Shown one piece after another: positions 18,806 through 25,193 of a stretch of DNA of 64,000 nucleotides. Numbering within the stretch: position 1 is the stretch's first letter; each line of letters begins with the position of its first letter. A model generated the notes under the pieces. That model was given only the letters and a program-made list of their open reading frames with translations. It had not been told where the DNA came from and made no database searches. Source of the stretch: a phage; NCBI GenBank assembly GCA_024975835.1, contig GCA_024975835.1_4840.1. One strand, given 5' to 3'. The translations under genes were made by a program, and so were the position numbers.

Positions 18806-19921
18806 TTAAAAATTAAACGGATAACGACGACGGCCACCATTGTACTCCATTCGCTGTAATATGAAAATTGCGGTGAATGGTAAGCAGCCCAGCAGAACAA
18901 CAACCACAACTTCCCAGGTCTTGAGTTCCCGCCACTTCAGGTACTCCATTTCCTTCATCTCAACGCGGTTGTAGCCTTTGGTGATGTTAGCGACAACATC
19001 AGCCATGACACCGACACCCATGTCGTGGCCTGTGAGAGCCATGCCATTGCGAGAATGGAGTTCACGGTTGTGCATACCATCAGCGAACGAAGTGCTCTTA
19101 CCCCAGTTGATCTTCAGGTCTTTGTTGATGTCGGTCACGACGATAACGTCGTTCTTTTTACCACCATCCCAAGCATAGACCAAGCCCTGGAAGTATTCAA
19201 CTGGCTGCCCGGAAGTCACAACCCAGACGATGTTCACCTGCTTGGCTGCGCCCAGCTTCTTCAGGGCATCATTCAGATAATCGTTCCAGTATGTGGTCGG
19301 TAACGCCAGGCCGGACACGTTCAGCACACGAGTGACGCGATAGTAGTCATAGACTTCGGGATACTTCGGAATCTTGTCTTTGAAGCGCTCAGCAAACTGC
19401 TGGTCTGAACGAGAGAACAGAGAGTCTTTGTTGCCCAGCACATAATTCATATATGAATGTTCACGTGCCGCAGGTTCCCCGATTTTAACTTGTGTCCAAC
19501 GCGGAGGCTCTGTAGTACCCTGACGATCAATACGGTCAATGCTCAGATCGCCGACGGTTGTTAATACATCCCAATCAACGTCATAAGAGTGCTCATAGCA
19601 TGTGCTGCAATGACGCGTTTGTGTACAAGATCGGTTATTTCCTGAACCTGTACAAGATGTTGTGTAATAGCACATACATTCATATGAATGCTCACAGCTC
19701 ACCTTATTGCGCTCCTTGCCAGTGACGTATCCGTTCAGGATCTCAACGTCCCCTGAACTGCCGAGGGAGAACGCAGCATAAGCCCCGACCTGAATCAGAC
19801 AGGACAGCACCACCACAATCGCCGTCGCTATCAGGGTCTCTTTCGGCTCATGGGTCTTGCGGTGGTAGGTCACAAACAGGATAGCCAGTACCAATGGCAC
19901 ACCAAACAGGAGGTAGATCAT
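18806..19921 (-). CDS. TPM-domain-like membrane protein with Cys-rich region
   Basis: Transmembrane segments at both ends; ten-Cys segment; VWVVTSGQPVEYFQGLVYAWDGGKKNDVIVVTD resembles the TPM core; paired with LemA as in bacterial LemA-TPM loci. Confidence 0.5.
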   Translation of the reverse strand: MIYLLFGVPLVLAILFVTYHRKTHEPKETLIATAIVVVLSCLIQVGAYAAFSLGSSGDVEILNGYVTGKERNKVSCEHSYECMCYYTTSCTGSGNNRSCTQTRHCSTCYEHSYDVDWDVLTTVGDLSIDRIDRQGTTEPPRWTQVKIGEPAAREHSYMNYVLGNKDSLFSRSDQQFAERFKDKIPKYPEVYDYYRVTRVLNVSGLALPTTYWNDYLNDALKKLGAAKQVNIVWVVTSGQPVEYFQGLVYAWDGGKKNDVIVVTDINKDLKINWGKSTSFADGMHNRELHSRNGMALTGHDMGVGVMADVVANITKGYNRVEMKEMEYLKWRELKTWEVVVVVLLGCLPFTAIFILQRMEYNGGRRRYPFNF

Positions 19922-20304
19922 TTGGATTCACCGACGAGCTGTGCCTTGGTCATCCCAAGGAGTTGATCTTTATGCTCAGGATTGGCACCGTTCTTTAACA
20001 ACAAATCCCAACGCTCTTCATGGTACTGTGGAGTTATTGCATCGTCAAAAGAAACATGGTGGCGATGCATAATTGTTGCAACGGTGTGAAGAACGATTGC
20101 TGTTGCTCTTTTTAAAGCACGTGTATCCGTGATGTGGTCTTCGTATTCGATTCCCAACAAATCGAGTTCTTTTCGGATATATGCTATAGACAAATTACCT
20201 TCAGAATGCAACGCGACGATAGTGGCTTTCTTAGGGTGGAGTGTACCATCCGTTTCTTTCATGAACAGATCGTACAGGTACTGTTTGTATTCGGACTGTG
20301 TCAT
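19918..20304 (-). CDS. hypothetical protein
   Basis: 128-aa ORF overlapping neighbours by 4 nt. Confidence 0.45.
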   Translation of the reverse strand: MTQSEYKQYLYDLFMKETDGTLHPKKATIVALHSEGNLSIAYIRKELDLLGIEYEDHITDTRALKRATAIVLHTVATIMHRHHVSFDDAITPQYHEERWDLLLKNGANPEHKDQLLGMTKAQLVGESK

Positions 20305-20513
20305 TTAGATTCTCCCATGACGATAACAGGAGCGCCATTACGGAAACAACTATATTCTGCAGGAAGACCTTCGCGAACCTTCTGGGCGAACGCTTCAGAA
20401 ACAACCAAACGACCAACCAGAGGTTCTTTTTGTTTTGGGGTGGACTCAAAGTAATCACCAAAAGTCGCTTCCATATCGAGCGCAGACATGTCTTCAATTC
20501 GTTGCATTGCCAT
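20301..20513 (-). CDS. hypothetical protein
   Basis: 70-aa ORF. Confidence 0.4.
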   Translation of the reverse strand: MAMQRIEDMSALDMEATFGDYFESTPKQKEPLVGRLVVSEAFAQKVREGLPAEYSCFRNGAPVIVMGESK

Positions 20514-20524
20514 GATATAGGACC

Positions 20525-20716
20525 TCAGTATAATTTCGTATAAACTTGTTTAACGCCAATATCGGCAGGAGCTGTGCTCTGCTGCATATTATAGAATGCC
20601 AAATCTGCTTGTTCTTTGTTTTCAAAATCAACTACAACTGTGTGTACTGATATTGCTTCACCCTGTCCATAAGCATAACAACGGCTGGTGACCAATATTT
20701 TGTATTGAGGTGTCAT
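20525..20716 (-). CDS. hypothetical protein
   Basis: 63-aa ORF with AAGGA site. Confidence 0.4.
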   Translation of the reverse strand: MTPQYKILVTSRCYAYGQGEAISVHTVVVDFENKEQADLAFYNMQQSTAPADIGVKQVYTKLY

Positions 20717-20738
20717 AAATCAATCCTTGCAAAAAGAA

Positions 20739-20780
20739 AGGGGAACGGGCTAATATTAACCCATTCCCCTTTATTGAAGA
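20739..20780 (-). promoter_or_regulatory. terminator hairpin overlapping a sigma70-like promoter (TTCTTC-N16-TAATAT)
   Basis: AGGGGAACGGG...CCCATTCCCCT hairpin followed by TTTCTTTTTGC on minus; -35 TTCTTC at 20780..20775, -10 TAATAT at 20758..20753 in the loop; same layout as 17755. Confidence 0.4.
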
Positions 20781-20797
20781 ACGCAATCCGCAGTCAG

Positions 20798-20965
20798 ATT
20801 ACTTTTTCTTCAGCTCTTCCAGCTTGGCTTCGATTTGTTCCAGGATGTCCTTACCCTTCTGAACAATCACTTCACCGTCTTGCGCGTGTTTACGGAAGAC
20901 CAGAGCACCAGCTACGAAACCGACAACAACGCCAGGAAGCGCGTACACCAACAGATCTTGTAACA
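20798..20965 (-). CDS. small single-pass membrane protein (55 aa; below ORF-track cutoff)
   Basis: ATG at 20965 preceded by GTGAGGA; MLQDLLVYALPGVVVGFVAGALVF transmembrane segment then charged tail. Confidence 0.4.
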
Positions 20966-21002
20966 TGATAATATCCTCACTTTATAGGCGAGGATATTTA
21001 TA

Positions 21003-22241
21003 TCAGCGTTTCAAGAGTGTCATGAGGTTGACGCTATGTTTGCGCGGCTGCTTGTCCTCAACCTTGCGCACAGGCATCTTCAGGTTCGTACATACCTCGG
21101 ATGGTTCCCAGCGCGTACCCTTTTGCAGGTGCCAGATGTGCAGAGGAACGCCAGTCTCAAAGAACACAGGCATCTTCCACTTCTGGACGCCTGGAACGTG
21201 CCCTGCAGGAGCCTTTTCACACAACAGGGTATCTGGCAGCCAGAGCGAACGGGCTTCCCAGAGCGCTGCGCAGGAGTATTCAGGCCAGACGCGTTCCATG
21301 TAGTCTATCTCATCCCAGGTACGCTCTGCGTCCCACCCGATGTAACGGGTATTCTTCAGTCGGAAGAACTTCTTCAGCCAGCATGCACCGGAGGTTTCAA
21401 AGTTCAGACGGTTGATGAACGTCAGGTGCCCGAACTCAGCCACACAATCCTGGAACGCCTGCTCAAGGTCGGCCTCAAGGATGTCACACTCTTCATCCGT
21501 GATAGGACAACCGTTGATCTTTTTCTTCCCGTGTTTAGTCACCCAATCGTCACGGTTGGACAAGAACGCCGCGCCATTACGGTTGGACTCGCTTCCATCA
21601 CGATCACGCAGCATGAAGCCAGGGACGTCAATGGTGTATTCGTTCCCGAAGACCATGTTCAGGGCTTCCAGGAAGTTCCAGGCGCTCAGGCGACCGAAGT
21701 ATTTCCAGGACATCGCCGTGTCCCACAGCTGGGTGAATTGTTCTGTCTTATCGATGCACACCAACATCCCACGGAAAGCGTCATATTGAGTACGGCCAGC
21801 CAGCCAGTCAATATAGGACTGAACACACGGAATCATCTTGGACTTGCGGTAGCGACAGTCGGTATCGAATCGCATGCGTTCAAAGTTCAGGTTATACCAA
21901 TCAGAGAAGCGCTGCATCTCTTCCTTAGACTGAGGCGGCACAGGGAACTCACTGTAGATTGTCCACGGTCCGACAGCGTTATAGCAACAACCCCACAGGA
22001 ATGCCATCCAGATCTTGCGCTCGACTTTCTGTTCGAGGCTGATGCCTTCAGTGACTTCGATCGCATAGTCCATCAGACGCATCTGCTGGTTGTGCTCTTC
22101 TGTGTAGGACAGCGCCTCCACCCAAGCCTTGAGCAGGTACATGCGATTCTCAGGCTTGCGATAATCAACAGCCAGGTCAATCGGGTACTTCCATTCAGCC
22201 GGAGGCGTATAGCCCGTCGGCATTTTAGATAAATGATGCAT
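21003..22241 (-). CDS. conserved hypothetical protein (412 aa; candidate DNA-modification enzyme)
   Basis: Trp/Cys/Tyr-rich composition; the opposite-strand ORF is Arg/Leu/His-rich; sits with the P-loop kinase and HAD genes. Confidence 0.5.
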   Translation of the reverse strand: MHHLSKMPTGYTPPAEWKYPIDLAVDYRKPENRMYLLKAWVEALSYTEEHNQQMRLMDYAIEVTEGISLEQKVERKIWMAFLWGCCYNAVGPWTIYSEFPVPPQSKEEMQRFSDWYNLNFERMRFDTDCRYRKSKMIPCVQSYIDWLAGRTQYDAFRGMLVCIDKTEQFTQLWDTAMSWKYFGRLSAWNFLEALNMVFGNEYTIDVPGFMLRDRDGSESNRNGAAFLSNRDDWVTKHGKKKINGCPITDEECDILEADLEQAFQDCVAEFGHLTFINRLNFETSGACWLKKFFRLKNTRYIGWDAERTWDEIDYMERVWPEYSCAALWEARSLWLPDTLLCEKAPAGHVPGVQKWKMPVFFETGVPLHIWHLQKGTRWEPSEVCTNLKMPVRKVEDKQPRKHSVNLMTLLKR

Positions 22242-22581
22242 CTTTCGCTTCCTCTTCAGGAGCCAACTGAATGTCTTCTGGTTTCACAAACCCCATCGGA
22301 CGTTCCCACATATCGATGAAGCGGCGGTCGGCGGTCACAAACCAAAGACGGGCTGCAGTGTGGGTCTTACCCGAGATGAACATCTGGGCATTCGTCTGGG
22401 TACGGAACGGAGCCGCCTGCAACCACTTACCGAAGTCTTTGGACGACGGATTGGCATTCAACTGGAACTGAGGGATGACGCAGTTCTTTTCAGGAATCAG
22501 GCGCACGGCAGTAATGTGCTTGGCGTTTCCGGTGTAGTCGATCGCAACAGCCACAGCATCGCGAGGGATTTGAATTTTCAT
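22225..22581 (-). CDS. hypothetical protein
   Basis: 118-aa ORF overlapping neighbours. Confidence 0.45.
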   Translation of the reverse strand: MKIQIPRDAVAVAIDYTGNAKHITAVRLIPEKNCVIPQFQLNANPSSKDFGKWLQAAPFRTQTNAQMFISGKTHTAARLWFVTADRRFIDMWERPMGFVKPEDIQLAPEEEAKDASFI

Positions 22582-22781
22582 TTTGGTTCCTTGAATATTT
22601 TATAGCCAGCAGCGCCGATAGCCATAATCGCGCCGATACAATACAACATGGTCAGGTTCATCTTTTCTGAGGTTGTTAAGTCCAGAGGGGTGAAATGATA
22701 GGCTAGGGCAGTACACATTGAAACGGCTGCCATAACCAGACCAATGAACAACAGATAATTAGACAACCGTTTCATGATCAC
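22578..22781 (-). CDS. small two-helix membrane protein
   Basis: 67-aa ORF with two hydrophobic segments; ATGA overlap with kinase stop. Confidence 0.4.
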   Translation of the reverse strand: MIMKRLSNYLLFIGLVMAAVSMCTALAYHFTPLDLTTSEKMNLTMLYCIGAIMAIGAAGYKIFKEPK

Positions 22782-23695
22782 CCCTTCTTCATCAGGTCAA
22801 GGAGAGAGCGCGACGCTGCCTTCGTTGCTTCTGGCTGGGCGCTCGCCTTGGTTTTAGTTTTGGATGCCTTCTGCGGCTTCTCAGGGACTCTGTGCGCCAA
22901 AGGATCCTGGCCGCCGATTTCACGAGTCATCGGATTGGTTTCACAGTAGGCGTAGAAGTCTTTGGTGTCCATGTTAACTTCACGCAGTTCGGACCGTATC
23001 TGATGACAAATCGCATTACCCACAACCCACAGCGGGGCGTCGAACGGTAGTACCGCCAACTCGGACTGCTGTTTGGTCGTGAACTCCTGGGTGTTGGCGT
23101 CCGGTGATTTATACAGGATATCCTGTCCGCTGTAATCATCAACAGCCACAGTGAAGCCCAGCGCCAGCATTTCGGCCTTCGACTTCTCAAACTCCTTGTA
23201 GTAAGATTCGTTGCGCGACCAGCCGGAGTTCCCTGCTTCTTTACCAGATCGACCACGGATACGAGCATCGTACTGATAGCGGTCGGGGTACGCAAAGTAC
23301 AGCAGCGCCAATGATTCAATCGGATAGTTCTTGAACATCCATTCAGGACGCCATTTGTCCGATAGCATGAGGGGTTCACCCTCGCACACCAGAGTGTATC
23401 CCTGAACCAACCAGCACTTGATTAGATCACGAGCAATATCGCCTGAGCCTGTAGCAGCATGGATTGCATCCATTGAAGTCCAGGAAGCCAGGCCGGATTT
23501 GTTAGACACGGTGTACTGTCCAACGAAGATTAACTTCAGCTCTCCGAACTTCAAGCCAAACGGGCGAGTCTTGTCACCAACGGTGTAGGTCAGTTCGGTA
23601 GGCTCCAGCTTAGTGCGCAGCCATTCGATGAACTGGACCACTCTCGTACCCTTGCCCGTGGCCGAGGTGCCTTTCACTACGATAATTTTTGCCAT
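22778..23695 (-). CDS. P-loop kinase (candidate 5-hydroxymethyl-dU DNA kinase type)
   Basis: N-terminal Walker A IIVVKGTSATGKGTR; 305 aa; Lys-rich C-terminal tail; identity beyond P-loop kinase not established. Confidence 0.55.
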   Translation of the reverse strand: MAKIIVVKGTSATGKGTRVVQFIEWLRTKLEPTELTYTVGDKTRPFGLKFGELKLIFVGQYTVSNKSGLASWTSMDAIHAATGSGDIARDLIKCWLVQGYTLVCEGEPLMLSDKWRPEWMFKNYPIESLALLYFAYPDRYQYDARIRGRSGKEAGNSGWSRNESYYKEFEKSKAEMLALGFTVAVDDYSGQDILYKSPDANTQEFTTKQQSELAVLPFDAPLWVVGNAICHQIRSELREVNMDTKDFYAYCETNPMTREIGGQDPLAHRVPEKPQKASKTKTKASAQPEATKAASRSLLDLMKKG

Positions 23696-24000
23696 TACAC
23701 AGCATCCTCAATACGCCAGCTCACGCCGCCCAGCCAAGGTGCCCAGAACACAGCAACCTGTGGGCGGCCATTCTCTTCAAACTTCACTTTATACTGGTCG
23801 TCGAAGTTATAGAAGATTTCATCCGCTTCAGAGCGCTGGCCGATCTTCACCAGTACATCATGAAGAGCCTTGGCTGCACCGATAGGAGTCGGAGTCTCCT
23901 GCTGACGAATGAAGTTGTTCACATGGTTAATCACGCCATCCATGTCGCTATCACCGAAACGCTCGTCGGGGATTTCCCCGAACTTGGATTGTTCTTGCAC
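23695..24000 (-). CDS. hypothetical protein
   Basis: 101-aa ORF, TAATG overlap with kinase start. Confidence 0.45.
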   Translation of the reverse strand: MQEQSKFGEIPDERFGDSDMDGVINHVNNFIRQQETPTPIGAAKALHDVLVKIGQRSEADEIFYNFDDQYKVKFEENGRPQVAVFWAPWLGGVSWRIEDAV

Positions 24001-24009
24001 GATGTCCTC

Positions 24010-24789
24010 CTATCGGACGTATTGATAATGACTAATCAGGCGGTTCACCACTTCGACAATATTGCGGTTCAGGAAGTCGAAGTGATTCTGGCCTTCTACT
24101 GGTTTAATATAAAGCATGTCTTCCGAATTCGAAAGATCCAGTTTTTCATAATTGCCCTGAGGAACAAAGATGACAAAGATGTTGTTCAGGCCACACGGCT
24201 CGACATACTTCGGATTGTCATCAATCAGGACATCGCCAGCCAGCAGATGCTTTTCGTCGGTGCTGACAAACCCGTTGAAGATACCAGGGAACTTGTCATA
24301 GACAAACTGACGCTTGCTGCGCTCGTGTTCCGGCTCGCACTTCGACACCGCGATGAATTCCACATTGTCGAAATCTTCAAGCAAGATATCCTTCAGATTT
24401 ACCAGGAACTCGTAAGCGCCGGGGAGCGGGTTCATCTTGGCGTACAGGTCAGGGCGACGCCACCAATCCATAGGATCGTTACCGCTTGGCACACGTTGTT
24501 TGTGCATCCCCAATTGGACTTCATGGTATAGCCACGCCGGATGCGCACGTTCACGCATCAGAATAGCCAGGTCGCCAGCATGGGACATATAACACTCTTT
24601 GGTGATCGGCTGGAACTGGTATGACTTATGTTCCCCCGTAGCGATAGCAGCGGCGGCGATGTTCTCTTCGTTGAACCACTGCACCCAAGGGGAGAGGCTG
24701 TCGACCAACGTCAGGTCAACATCCACGAGGACGCGATACAGGCCACCGACCTTTGATTTCATATCATAGATACAAACCAGGTTGTTCAT
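24010..24789 (-). CDS. HAD-superfamily hydrolase (5'(3')-deoxyribonucleotidase-like)
   Basis: N-terminal LVDVDLTLVDS (DxDxT HAD motif I); 259 aa. Confidence 0.5.
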   Translation of the reverse strand: MNNLVCIYDMKSKVGGLYRVLVDVDLTLVDSLSPWVQWFNEENIAAAAIATGEHKSYQFQPITKECYMSHAGDLAILMRERAHPAWLYHEVQLGMHKQRVPSGNDPMDWWRRPDLYAKMNPLPGAYEFLVNLKDILLEDFDNVEFIAVSKCEPEHERSKRQFVYDKFPGIFNGFVSTDEKHLLAGDVLIDDNPKYVEPCGLNNIFVIFVPQGNYEKLDLSNSEDMLYIKPVEGQNHFDFLNRNIVEVVNRLISHYQYVR

Positions 24790-25127
24790 TTGTCTTCCTC
24801 AACTTTATCGTAGCCTGTAGCAACACACTGTTCTTCGGTACAATCTGCATACAGAACGACGGAGGCCTGCTTCACGTAGGTGATGCAGTGGTAAGTTTCG
24901 TCTTCCTGGATGGAATCGTCATAGTTGCAGACAGTTTGGAGCGGACCCGGAGTAGTGTTGTCCAGTGCTGCATGTGCCTTAATGGTGTCTTCCATCTTGG
25001 ACACGGCCTGCTCATTGGTGAACGTCGGCGCGTCAAGGTCTACAGTAGACGCAACGTCCAGAAGGGTGGAACACGCAGTGGTAGAGAAAGCCAGAGCACA
25101 CACCAGAAGAATCTTATTGAGTTTCAT
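24786..25127 (-). CDS. secreted protein or lipoprotein (4 Cys)
   Basis: Signal-peptide-like N-terminus KILLVCALAFSTTAC; start moved to ATG with AGGTGA site; strong promoter upstream. Confidence 0.5.
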   Translation of the reverse strand: MKLNKILLVCALAFSTTACSTLLDVASTVDLDAPTFTNEQAVSKMEDTIKAHAALDNTTPGPLQTVCNYDDSIQEDETYHCITYVKQASVVLYADCTEEQCVATGYDKVEEDK

Positions 25128-25157
25128 TTCAATCACCTGTTTGTCAAAGGGTTAACA

Positions 25158-25193
25158 GGGGGAATTATATCCCCCTTTGGTTTATTGAATCAA
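25158..25193 (-). promoter_or_regulatory. sigma70-like promoter (TTGATT-N18-TATAAT) overlapping a GGGGG/CCCCC hairpin
   Basis: Minus-strand -35 TTGATT at 25193..25188 and consensus -10 TATAAT at 25169..25164 in the hairpin loop; follows the DNA polymerase stop. Confidence 0.45.

Noticed and set aside
21036-22232. 398-aa plus-strand ORF antisense to the 412-aa gene
   Set aside because: Arg/Leu/His/Val-rich low-complexity translation typical of an antisense shadow frame; the minus-strand partner has protein-like composition and operon context.
23689-24531. 280-aa plus-strand ORF opposite the HAD hydrolase gene
   Set aside because: Antisense shadow frame with biased composition; no ribosome-binding site.
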